A DNA stretch of 64,000 nt. Source: Mesorhizobium sp. WSM3859. GTDB lineage: Bacteria; Pseudomonadota; Alphaproteobacteria; Rhizobiales; Rhizobiaceae. The stretch is taken from NCBI RefSeq assembly GCF_002295065.1, contig NZ_NSGG01000001.1, forward strand, positions 270,553-334,552, written 5' to 3'. The position numbers and the translations under genes are program-made. Shown piece after piece: positions 10,822 to 19,283 of this stretch (positions are counted from its first letter, which is position 1; every line of letters begins with the position of its first letter). The notes under the pieces were generated by a model, which worked only from the letters and a program-made list of their open reading frames with translations, was not told the origin of the DNA and made no database searches.

Positions 10822-11606
10822 GCGGCGGACTGCGGCAATACGAACGGCACGCTTCCGGCGGGCAGCGCGCCGACCTTCAGCCTGCAGTCGAACACGTTTT
10901 CGATCAGCTCGTCATTGAGCACGTCCATTGGTGCACCGGCTGCCGCCAACCGGCCGCGGGAGAGCACGAAAATCCGGTCGGCATACATGGCTGTCAGATT
11001 GAGGTCGTGCAGGATCGCCACCACGCCGCCGCCGCGCCGGGCGAAATCGCGCGCGATGTTCATGATGATGAGCTGGTGCTTGACATCGAGGCTGGAGACC
11101 GGCTCGTCGAGGAAGAGATAGCGCGGCCGCCCTTCCAGCACCGGCGCCCACACCTGGCAGAGCACGCGGGCAAGCTGCACGCGCTGCTGCTCGCCGCCGG
11201 AAAGCTCCTGGTAAAAGCGCCCGGCAAAGCCGTCGAGATCGACACGCGCCAGTGCCCGCTCAGGTAGCCGGGCATCCTCGCCGGGCAGCACGCCCGAGCG
11301 CCCGCCGATCAGGCCGAGGCGCACGATCTCGCGCACAGTGAACGGGAAGGACAGCGCCGTGGCCTGCGGCAGCACGGCGCGCAGCGTCGCCGCCTCCATC
11401 GGTTTCATCGAAGCGAGGTCGCGGCCGTTGAGCGTGACGGTGCCGGTATAGGCGAGCTCGCCGGTCAGCGCCTTGAGCAACGTCGTCTTGCCGGATCCGT
11501 TCGGCCCGACGATGGCCGAGACCTCGCCTGGAATCGCGGCGAAATCGACATGCGAGACGATGCGTTTGCCGCCGATCGCCACGGAGATGTCGCGCGCTTC
11601 GATCAT
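10818..11606 (-). CDS. hmuV: hemin ABC transporter ATP-binding protein
   Basis: 262 aa, with Walker A (GPNGSGKTT), the ABC signature (LSGGEQQR) and Walker B (LFLDEP). It is the last gene of the hmu operon. Its 3' end overlaps the rirA 3' end by 4 nt (convergent). Confidence 0.8.
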   Translation of the reverse strand: MIEARDISVAIGGKRIVSHVDFAAIPGEVSAIVGPNGSGKTTLLKALTGELAYTGTVTLNGRDLASMKPMEAATLRAVLPQATALSFPFTVREIVRLGLIGGRSGVLPGEDARLPERALARVDLDGFAGRFYQELSGGEQQRVQLARVLCQVWAPVLEGRPRYLFLDEPVSSLDVKHQLIIMNIARDFARRGGGVVAILHDLNLTAMYADRIFVLSRGRLAAAGAPMDVLNDELIENVFDCRLKVGALPAGSVPFVLPQSAA

Positions 11607-11613
11607 CGCGGCC

Positions 11614-12714
11614 TCACAAATCGACGATGCCGCGCTTGCGCAGCAGGATCCACAGGAAGAACGGCGCGCCGGCAATCGCGGTGACGATGCCGATCGGCAG
11701 TTCGGCCGGCGCGACGATGGTGCGGGCAACCGCGTCGGCAAGCAGAAGCAGCGAGGCGCCGAGCAGAGCGGAAGCCGGCAGCAAATATCGGTTGTCCGGC
11801 CCGATCGCGAGCCGCAGGACATGCGGCACCACGATGCCGACGAAGCCGATGCCGCCGCTGACCGCGACCGAAGCGCCGACCGCCGCCGACACCCCGACGA
11901 TCGCTATGTATTTCAACCGCTGCACCGGGATGCCCAGATGGCTCGCCGTCGCCTCGCCCAGCGCCAGCGCATTGAGGCCGCGCGACAGGAACGGCATCGC
12001 GGCCAGCGCCAGGATGATCACCGGTCCCACGGTGCCGACCTTCGGCCATGTCGAGCCGGCGAGCGACCCGAGCTGCCAGAAGGTCAGATCGCGCAGTTGC
12101 CGGTCGTCGGCCATGAAGATGAGGACGCCCGTCAGCGCCATGGCAAGGGCGCTGATGGCGATGCCGGCAAGCAGCATGGTGGCAACCGATGTCCGCCCCT
12201 GGCGCGTGGCGACGGCATAAAGCAGCAACGTCACCACCAGCCCGCCGAAGAAGGCCGCCAACGGCAAGGCGAGCGTGCCGAACGCAAGCGTGACGGGCGC
12301 AAGCCAGGTAGCGCCGAGCACGATGACGGCGACCGCGCCGAGGCTCGATCCGGCTGAGATGCCGATCAGGCCGGGGTCCGCAAGCGGGTTGCGGAACAGG
12401 CCCTGCATCACCGCTCCGGAAACCGCGAGCGCGGCCCCGATCAGCACCCCGAGCAAGACGCGCGGCATGCGGATGTCGTAGACGATCAGCTGGTCGCGCG
12501 CGGCAAGCGCCGCATCCGCCGGCACGGCCCCGGTGACCCAGTCGCGGATGACGCGGACGGCGGACGCATCGGAAGCGCCCGACGTCAGGGACAGGAACAC
12601 GGAAAGGGTCAGCGCCAGGCACAAAAGCGCGATGACTGCCCTTGCTCGAGCCGAGCGGTCGCCCTCGGCCGCCACTACCCTGCCTGCCGCGCCGGCAATG
12701 GACTGTTGGAACAT
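11614..12714 (-). CDS. hmuU: hemin ABC transporter permease (FecCD family)
   Basis: 366 aa, a polytopic FecCD-type permease. There is a 7-nt gap to hmuV. Confidence 0.8.
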   Translation of the reverse strand: MFQQSIAGAAGRVVAAEGDRSARARAVIALLCLALTLSVFLSLTSGASDASAVRVIRDWVTGAVPADAALAARDQLIVYDIRMPRVLLGVLIGAALAVSGAVMQGLFRNPLADPGLIGISAGSSLGAVAVIVLGATWLAPVTLAFGTLALPLAAFFGGLVVTLLLYAVATRQGRTSVATMLLAGIAISALAMALTGVLIFMADDRQLRDLTFWQLGSLAGSTWPKVGTVGPVIILALAAMPFLSRGLNALALGEATASHLGIPVQRLKYIAIVGVSAAVGASVAVSGGIGFVGIVVPHVLRLAIGPDNRYLLPASALLGASLLLLADAVARTIVAPAELPIGIVTAIAGAPFFLWILLRKRGIVDL

Positions 12715-12720
12715 CGCCGC

Positions 12721-13629
12721 TCAGTCCGTGACCTGGTTGCCATAGAGCGCGACGGCAAGATCGTGGATCGCTTCGGCCGTGCGCGGGCCGAAGCCGAGCA
12801 GATAGCCGCCCCACATGCTGATCATCTTGCGGTTCGTGCCTGCCGGCGTCGAGGCGACGGCGGGATTGGCGAACAGCTCGTCTTCCGAGATCGGCGGCCC
12901 GCCGCCTTTCATCGTGAGGATGACATCCGGCCTGGCGCTGACGATCGCCTCGTCCGTCATCCCTTTGTAGCCGGAAAAGCCCTCGACGGCGTTGACCGCG
13001 CCGGCCAGCCTGATGATGCCGTCGGCCGCCGTGTCGCTGCCCGCGGCAAGGATCTTGCCGCCTTGCGTCGACAGCACGAACAACACGCGCTTGCGCTCCT
13101 TGATCGCAGCCGTCTGCTTTTCCGCCGCCGTCAGCTTCGCGTCCGTTTCTGCGGCGAGCTTCTCCGCCTTGGCATCGACCCCCAGCGCCTTGCCGACGAT
13201 GCGGATCTTTTCGAGGATGCCCTCATGATTGTAGTGGTCCGGCACCTCGATGAAAGGCACGCTCGACTTCTTCAGCACGTCGACCGCTTCCTTCGGGCCG
13301 CTGCCCTGCAGCGCCAGGATTCCGGTCGGATTGACCGACAGAACGCCCTCGGGCGAGAGCGCGCGCATGTAACCGACATCCGGCAGCTTCGCCGCCGCCT
13401 CGGGATAATCGCTGGTCGAATCGCGGGCGACGAGACGGCCCTCCTCGCCGAGCGCGTAGACGATCTCGGTGATCGATCCGCCTACGGAGGCGACTCGCGA
13501 GGTGTTTGAAAAAACGGTTCTGCCTTCTTCCGCCTTGGCAGGTTGCATGGCGACGGCAAGCAGGACACCGAGCATCGGCGCAGCCGCCGCGCGGAAATTG
13601 AGAACAAAGCGCATTGGGTGCGGCCTCAT
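12721..13629 (-). CDS. hmuT: hemin ABC transporter periplasmic substrate-binding protein
   Basis: About 300 aa with a signal peptide and a class III (helical backbone) SBP fold. The start may be at 13614. It overlaps the hmuS stop (ATGA). Confidence 0.75.
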   Translation of the reverse strand: MRPHPMRFVLNFRAAAAPMLGVLLAVAMQPAKAEEGRTVFSNTSRVASVGGSITEIVYALGEEGRLVARDSTSDYPEAAAKLPDVGYMRALSPEGVLSVNPTGILALQGSGPKEAVDVLKKSSVPFIEVPDHYNHEGILEKIRIVGKALGVDAKAEKLAAETDAKLTAAEKQTAAIKERKRVLFVLSTQGGKILAAGSDTAADGIIRLAGAVNAVEGFSGYKGMTDEAIVSARPDVILTMKGGGPPISEDELFANPAVASTPAGTNRKMISMWGGYLLGFGPRTAEAIHDLAVALYGNQVTD

Positions 13630-14720
13630 GCAGCGGTCGGGCTGGGAATGCGCGGCAGTTTCTCGGCGAGAAAACGCCAGTCCTCGCGCTCGCTTTCGCC
13701 TTCATGACGCTTGCCGAAGAACTGGATGATCATGCCGCCATTGGCGTCATAGGCCTCCAGCGAGGTGACATGGCCGTCCTTGGTCGGCTTTCGCACCGCC
13801 CAGACCTCGTGGATGTGATCGGTCCTCAGATGCAGGTGGAAGGTCTCGTCGAGCACGTTGATCCACGGCCCCATCGGCTTGACCGACTTGACCGGGCCGG
13901 AATGGATCTGGATGCAGCCGCGATTGCCGACGAAGCACATGATGGGCATCTCGCCTGCAGCGGCGTGATGGAACATGGCGCTCACCCCATCATTGCCGAG
14001 CAGCCAGGCATAGTCCTGGCCCACCATGCGCACCGCCTCGCGGCGGCTGAGCTTCAGCGTCTTCAGCATGCCGAAGAACTGATGCACGTCGGTGAGTCGG
14101 CTCCAGCGGTCGCGCAGATCGTCGGTCGAGGCAACCGAACCCTGCCCCTCGCCCTCTCCTTCCGCGGCGCTTGGGAGGATCGCGACGATCGGTTCCTGGT
14201 TCGACGATTCGAGGCTCGCCACCAGTTTCTGGTAGGCATAGAGGTTGGAGGCCGGGCGCAGATGCACCTTGTGCACCGCCTCGCCCGCCGCGTCGAAGAA
14301 CTGCAGGCTGCGGCGGATCTCGCCATCGTCGCGCTTCTCTACGGCGAAGCCATGCGCCCAGATTTTCGGGAAGATGCGCAGGTCGATGTTTTCGCCAAGC
14401 ACCATGGCGTTATGGTTGCTGGTGACGACCTTGTCGTAGACGCCGATTTTCTCGTGCACCGCGCTTTCGTTGCGCGTCAGCGCCATTACCTCGCCGACCG
14501 CCTCGAGGCCGGTCAAAAGGTCGTTGACGCGCGGCTCGACACGCACCGCGCTGATGCCGCATTGCGCCGCGACCAGTTCCGCTTCCGAAATGCCCAGTTG
14601 CGCCGAAAGATCGCGCTCCCGCATTTTCGGATTTTCTTCTCGCGCCCGCCGGATTTCCTCCGGCGCCGGTTTTACGCGCTGGTCCATGTCGTTCACCTGT
14701 ATTGCCTGATGTTCGTCCAT
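13626..14720 (-). CDS. hmuS: hemin-degrading / heme trafficking protein HmuS/ChuS/HemS family
   Basis: 364 aa with duplicated HemS/ChuX halves. It is positioned between hmuP and hmuT. Confidence 0.75.
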   Translation of the reverse strand: MDEHQAIQVNDMDQRVKPAPEEIRRAREENPKMRERDLSAQLGISEAELVAAQCGISAVRVEPRVNDLLTGLEAVGEVMALTRNESAVHEKIGVYDKVVTSNHNAMVLGENIDLRIFPKIWAHGFAVEKRDDGEIRRSLQFFDAAGEAVHKVHLRPASNLYAYQKLVASLESSNQEPIVAILPSAAEGEGEGQGSVASTDDLRDRWSRLTDVHQFFGMLKTLKLSRREAVRMVGQDYAWLLGNDGVSAMFHHAAAGEMPIMCFVGNRGCIQIHSGPVKSVKPMGPWINVLDETFHLHLRTDHIHEVWAVRKPTKDGHVTSLEAYDANGGMIIQFFGKRHEGESEREDWRFLAEKLPRIPSPTAA

Positions 14721-14736
14721 CGCCCGCCGATGGCGG

Positions 14737-14943
14737 TCACTTGTTGAGGATCAGCTTGCCCTGGCGGGTGATCTTCAGACGATAGAGCGCGCCGTGATGC
14801 TCGATGCCGATCTCATGCTCGCCCTGGAACAGCGTGTTGCTGGAGAGCGTCCTCACCGCCAACGGCACCCGTTCGTAACGCATCTGCGTGTCTTCCGGAC
14901 GGCGAACGCGATAGCGGAAATCGTTGGGATTGTGCGTGTTCAT
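14737..14943 (-). CDS. hmuP: hemin uptake protein HemP/HmuP (small coactivator)
   Basis: 68 aa. The conserved HemP C-terminus ([15 protein letters not shown]) is present. It is the first gene of the hmuPSTUV operon. Confidence 0.75.
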   Translation of the reverse strand: MNTHNPNDFRYRVRRPEDTQMRYERVPLAVRTLSSNTLFQGEHEIGIEHHGALYRLKITRQGKLILNK

Positions 14944-15007
14944 CGGGTCGGTCCCTTTCCTCTGACGGCCACCTTGGCCGCAGCCTCATAAAATGCCGAT
15001 TCAATTC

Positions 15008-15022
15008 TTGACTCGAATAATC
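15008..15022 (+). promoter_or_regulatory. IRO-box-like motif TGA-N9-TCA (TGACTCGAATAATCA) in the hmuP / hemin receptor divergent intergenic region
   Basis: It matches the RirA operator consensus. It lies in the 200-bp AT-richer region between divergent heme-uptake transcription units. Confidence 0.4.
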
Positions 15023-15144
15023 ATGTTTACTAGTCAGTGCATTACCGGAGTAAATGAGTCAACATTTAAGACGCCGGACGTGATCAAAAATGCGAGCGAG
15101 CCAGTGGCCAGCCAGCTACGAGCCTGAAAATCTGGAGTTGGGGC

Positions 15145-17361
15145 ATGGGGTTGGTTACTTGGGGACGGACGGGCCTGGCGGGCAATAATGCGGGTCCGGG
15201 CTTCCGATCGATGGCAAGCGGCATTGCCATCTTGATGGCCGGAGCGGCTGCGATCGCGATCAGCGTATCGGCGGCAAAAGCTCAACAGGTCGCGCGGCCG
15301 GCAGCCGACCAGCAGGCCGATCAGAAAGCGAAGGTTAATGAGGCGGCCGCCGCCGAAGGAACCCTTCTCGACAAGATCCTCGTCATCAGCCGCACGGGCG
15401 AAACGGCGATCCAGTCGCTGGCCTCGGCCAGCCATGTCGACCAGGAGCAGCTCGACCGCCGTATGGCGACCACGCCGAACGAAATGCTGCTCGGAGTGCC
15501 CGGCGTAGCCGTGCAGGCCGACGCGCGCCGCGTCTCTTCCAGCATCAACATTCGCGGCCTGCAGGACTTCGGCCGCGTCGCGGTCATTGTCGACGGCGCA
15601 AGGCAGGATTTCCAACGCTCCGACCACGGCACGCAGTCGACCTTCTATGTCGATCCCGAGCTCATCAAGTCGGTCGACGTCATCCGCGGTCCGGTCGCCA
15701 ACACCTACGGCTCCGGCGCCATCGGCGGCGTCGTCTTCTTCGACACCAAGGACGCAGCCGATTTCCTCAAGCCGGAAGAGACCTGGGCCGGCTCGCTGAC
15801 CGGGCGCTATGAAAGCAATGGCAAGGGCTGGACCACCAGCGCCACCGGCGCCTACAAGATCAACGACAACTGGGATGTTCTCGGCAACATCGTCTACCGC
15901 GACTATGGCGACTACAAGAACGGCGGCGGCGACACCGTTGCCGGCACCGGTTTCGACGTGCTGAGCGGCCTGCTCAAGACCGCCATACGCCCGACCGAAA
16001 ACAGCGAATTGAAGCTTGGCTGGGTCGGCTCCAAGGACGGCTGGACCGAGACCAGCGGCGGCGTGCCCGCCAACGACGTCGACCTCAAGTCGAACACTTT
16101 TACCGCCCGCTACAACATCACCGACGATGCCAAGAGCTGGCTCGACCTCCACATCAACGCTTCCTACAACAAGACCAATCTCGACCTGACGACGCTCACC
16201 GCGCAGAACCGCTTCGATCCGACCACCGGCCTGCCCGTGGTGCTGCCGGCCGGCTCGCTGTCCACCTTCGATGTCGGCACGACCGGCATCGACATCTGGA
16301 ACACGTCGCGCTTCGAGACGGCGAGTGTCGCCCATGAACTGACCTATGGCGGCGACTGGGTTGGCGACGATGTCGATACCGGCGGCAGCGCCGGCGGCGA
16401 TAGTTTTTATACGCCGTCGGGCAAGCGCAACGTCTCCGGCGCCTACATCCAGGACAAGCTGACCTGGGAATGGCTCGAGGTCATTGGCGGCCTGCGCTAC
16501 GACAATTACAGCCTGAAGGACGATACGAACGAGACCTCCGGCGACCGGGTGTCGCCGCGCATCACCGTCGGCATCTCGCCCTTTGAAACCGTCGGCCTGG
16601 CCGGCCTGCAATTCTATGGCACCTACGCCGAAGGCTATCGCTCGCCATCGCTGACCGAGACGCTGATCAGCGGCAACCATCCGGCCGGCGTCAGCTTCCC
16701 GTTCCTGCCCAATCCGAACCTGAAGCCCGAGACCGGCAAGACGATCGAATTCGGCGTCAACTACAAGCAGAACGACGTCATCGAGGGTGGCGACGCGCTG
16801 CGGCTCAAGGCCGCCTATTTCAACAACAATGTCGACGACTACATCGACGGCGTGACGCTCTCGCCCTTCGACCCGACCAGCGGCTGTCCGTTCGGCCCCG
16901 GCATTCCGATCTGCTTCCAGTACCAGAACTTCGCCAAGGCCAAGATCAACGGCTTCGAGCTGGAAAGCGTCTACGACGCCGGCTGGGGCTATGCCGGCCT
17001 GTCGGCCTCGATCATCAACGGCCACACCATCTCCTATGAAGGCGAGCGCGCCGACCTCGCCACCATCCCCTCCTCGCAGGTGACGGCTCAGCTCGGGCTG
17101 CGCTTCCTCGAGGACAAGCTGACCGTCGGCGGCGAGGTGCAGTACAACGGCAAGCCCAAGGGCAATCCGGTGGCCAAGGAGTTCACGCTGGTCAACGCCT
17201 TCGCCAGCTACCAGGCGACCGACAATCTCAAGCTCGACTTCCGCGCCGACAATCTGTTCGACGTCAAATACACCAACCCGCTCAACGGCAGCACGACCGC
17301 CGTCCTCTACGAGCCCGGCGTCACGCTGAAGCTGGCGGCAACCATGCGCTTCGGGGGCTGA
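15145..17361 (+). CDS. hmuR: TonB-dependent hemin/hemoglobin outer-membrane receptor
   Basis: 738 aa with plug and beta-barrel domains. It has a TonB box region, a C-terminal aromatic residue (MRFGG is not a classic terminal F) and an FRAP/NPNL-like heme receptor motif region (NPNL at about aa 500). A signal peptide is present (MASGIAILMAGAAAIAISVSAAKA), so the true start may be at 15211. Confidence 0.8.
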   Translation: MGLVTWGRTGLAGNNAGPGFRSMASGIAILMAGAAAIAISVSAAKAQQVARPAADQQADQKAKVNEAAAAEGTLLDKILVISRTGETAIQSLASASHVDQEQLDRRMATTPNEMLLGVPGVAVQADARRVSSSINIRGLQDFGRVAVIVDGARQDFQRSDHGTQSTFYVDPELIKSVDVIRGPVANTYGSGAIGGVVFFDTKDAADFLKPEETWAGSLTGRYESNGKGWTTSATGAYKINDNWDVLGNIVYRDYGDYKNGGGDTVAGTGFDVLSGLLKTAIRPTENSELKLGWVGSKDGWTETSGGVPANDVDLKSNTFTARYNITDDAKSWLDLHINASYNKTNLDLTTLTAQNRFDPTTGLPVVLPAGSLSTFDVGTTGIDIWNTSRFETASVAHELTYGGDWVGDDVDTGGSAGGDSFYTPSGKRNVSGAYIQDKLTWEWLEVIGGLRYDNYSLKDDTNETSGDRVSPRITVGISPFETVGLAGLQFYGTYAEGYRSPSLTETLISGNHPAGVSFPFLPNPNLKPETGKTIEFGVNYKQNDVIEGGDALRLKAAYFNNNVDDYIDGVTLSPFDPTSGCPFGPGIPICFQYQNFAKAKINGFELESVYDAGWGYAGLSASIINGHTISYEGERADLATIPSSQVTAQLGLRFLEDKLTVGGEVQYNGKPKGNPVAKEFTLVNAFASYQATDNLKLDFRADNLFDVKYTNPLNGSTTAVLYEPGVTLKLAATMRFGG

Positions 17362-17364
17362 GGG

Positions 17365-17805
17365 ATGAAAAGCTCGACGACACCGCTTCGCCTCTTGACC
17401 TCGGCGCTGGCGATGTCGCTCGGTCTGGCGCCGGCGTGGGCCCAGTCCGCGCCGGCCCCGGCTCTCAGTCTCGAGCTCAATGCCGCGCAGCCTTCGGAAA
17501 AAGGCTGCCGGCTGACCTTCGTCGTCAACAACGCGCTCGGCGCCGACCTGTCGAAGGCCGCGTTCGAGATCGCGTTGTTCAATGAGGCCGGCGTTGTCGA
17601 CCGCCTCACAGTGCTCGATTTCAAGGACCTGCCCGCCGGCAAGACCAAGGTCACGCGCTTCGACCTCGCCGGCGCCGACTGCGGCAAGCTCGGCCGCGTG
17701 CTGATCAACAGCGCGACCGAATGCGCCGGTACCGGCGTCGAGCCGGCGGCCTGCATGCGCGCGTTGAAGACATCCACCAGGACCGCCATCGCTTTCGGGG
17801 CCTGA
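17365..17805 (+). CDS. hypothetical exported protein (signal peptide), co-transcribed with hemin receptor
   Basis: 146 aa with a signal peptide (MKSSTTPLRLLTSALAMSLGLAPAWA). It starts 4 nt after the receptor stop. No confident family assignment. Confidence 0.5.
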   Translation: MKSSTTPLRLLTSALAMSLGLAPAWAQSAPAPALSLELNAAQPSEKGCRLTFVVNNALGADLSKAAFEIALFNEAGVVDRLTVLDFKDLPAGKTKVTRFDLAGADCGKLGRVLINSATECAGTGVEPAACMRALKTSTRTAIAFGA

Positions 17806-17908
17806 ACCGGTCATGGGGATGGAGCCGGCGCTCGCGCGCAACGCTGTCTTCTGGCCCTTGCCAGGGATCCGTATCGCGAAGCTTGCGGCAAGCGATCTTG
17901 ATTTGACA

Positions 17909-18886
17909 ATGTCCCGCTTGTCGCGGCAGCTTCCGGCCCGCGCCATGCAGGACACCAGCGACATTCCCGACACCGACAGCGTTTTGACGGCCGCTCCCGG
18001 CGAGGCGTTGGCCGGACCACGCCCGCGTGGCGAGCATGGCAAGTGGACGATGGCGATTGCCGCCTCATGCCTGGTCCACGGAGTGGTGGCCGTGGCCTTC
18101 CTGATCTCGCCGGGGTCGAAGGCCAATCTCCAGGATCCGACCCAGGCGGAAGGCAGCGACCGATCCGGCGCCAACGTTGCCGGCAGCGCCCTCAATCCCG
18201 AGCAGCAGTCGATCAACGTTGCCTTGGTGCCGCCTCCCCGGCCGCCGGTGAAACCGATGCCGCCAGCCGAAGCGGCGCCGCCGACTGAAAAGACGCCGCC
18301 GGTCAAAGCCGCGAAAACACGAGCCGAGTCCAACAAGCCCCCGGTCGATCCGGACATACTCGTCGCCGACGCGCCTCGAAACGACACCGACAGCGTAGCG
18401 CCGCACACGAAGTCTCCCGAACCCACCCCTGCTCAACAGCAGCAAAACCCCAGCCATCCGCCGACGCCGGCACAGCCGCCGGTCCCCGCCGCAAGGCCGG
18501 CGGCCGCTAACCCGCTAACGGCTGAAAAGAGCGGCGCTGCCGATGGTCAAACCCGGTCCGAGCCGGCGGTCAGCAAAGGCAAAAGGCAGAACGAGGCGGG
18601 CACCAAGGCGGAAGACAATTACCGCAGCGATGTGATCCGCAAGCTCGGCCGCGTCTACCGGGCCGTCCCGCCTTCGCTGCAGGCGTCGGCACGCAGCAAC
18701 ACGGTCGTCACTTTCGTCATCGGCAAACAGGGCACCATAGACGAGCTGCGTATCGTCGAAAGCTCAGGTTCGGACACTTTCGATCAGATCGTCCTTGGCT
18801 TCGTGCGCAAGGCGGCGCCCTTCCCTCCCATCCCGGCGAAGATCGGAAACCGCCTGGAATTCACCGGCGCGATCGGTCCGTTTTGA
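17909..18886 (+). CDS. tonB: TonB family energy-transducer protein
   Basis: It has an N-terminal TM (IAASCLVHGVVAVAFLI), a long Pro-rich spacer (PPPRPPVKPMPPAEAAPPTEKTPPVKAAK) and a C-terminal TonB domain (VVTFVIGKQGTIDELRIVESSG...APFPPIPA). The start is uncertain; the ORF opens at 17813. Confidence 0.75.
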   Translation: MSRLSRQLPARAMQDTSDIPDTDSVLTAAPGEALAGPRPRGEHGKWTMAIAASCLVHGVVAVAFLISPGSKANLQDPTQAEGSDRSGANVAGSALNPEQQSINVALVPPPRPPVKPMPPAEAAPPTEKTPPVKAAKTRAESNKPPVDPDILVADAPRNDTDSVAPHTKSPEPTPAQQQQNPSHPPTPAQPPVPAARPAAANPLTAEKSGAADGQTRSEPAVSKGKRQNEAGTKAEDNYRSDVIRKLGRVYRAVPPSLQASARSNTVVTFVIGKQGTIDELRIVESSGSDTFDQIVLGFVRKAAPFPPIPAKIGNRLEFTGAIGPF

Positions 18887-18939
18887 AGGCCTCTGCCCCC
18901 AGATCATCACCCTCGACTCGCCATTTCGAAAGGAAGCCA

Positions 18940-19254
18940 ATGTACATCGCCATGAACCGCTTCAAGGTCCAGAACGGCTCGGAAGAAGCCTTCGAGGACG
19001 TCTGGAAGAACCGCGATTCCAGCCTCTCGGAGATGAAAGGCTTCAAGGAATTCCACCTGCTGCGCGGCCCGGTCAACGAGACCGAGGGCTACACGCTGTT
19101 TGCCTCGCACACGGTCTGGGCCAGCCAGGACGATTTCGTCGCCTGGACCAAATCGGAAAATTTCCGCGCCGCCCATCGCAACGCCGGCGGCTCGAAACTG
19201 CACTATCTCGGCCACCCGCAATTCGAGGGCTTTTCAGTTGTGGAAGGCGCTTAA
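18940..19254 (+). CDS. antibiotic-biosynthesis-monooxygenase (ABM) fold protein; probable IsdG-type heme-degrading monooxygenase (HmuQ-like)
   Basis: 104 aa starting MYIAMNRFKVQNGSEEAFEDVWKNR, with an AGGAAG RBS. It has the ABM/IsdG fold and sits within the heme uptake locus. Confidence 0.6.
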   Translation: MYIAMNRFKVQNGSEEAFEDVWKNRDSSLSEMKGFKEFHLLRGPVNETEGYTLFASHTVWASQDDFVAWTKSENFRAAHRNAGGSKLHYLGHPQFEGFSVVEGA

Positions 19255-19283
19255 CACGCGCCTTCGATAGATCGTTTTTGCGC

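Noticed and set aside
15034-18426. 1130-aa minus-strand ORF
   Set aside because: It is antisense to the TonB-dependent receptor and TonB genes. It is a Gly/Ala/Arg-rich artefact.
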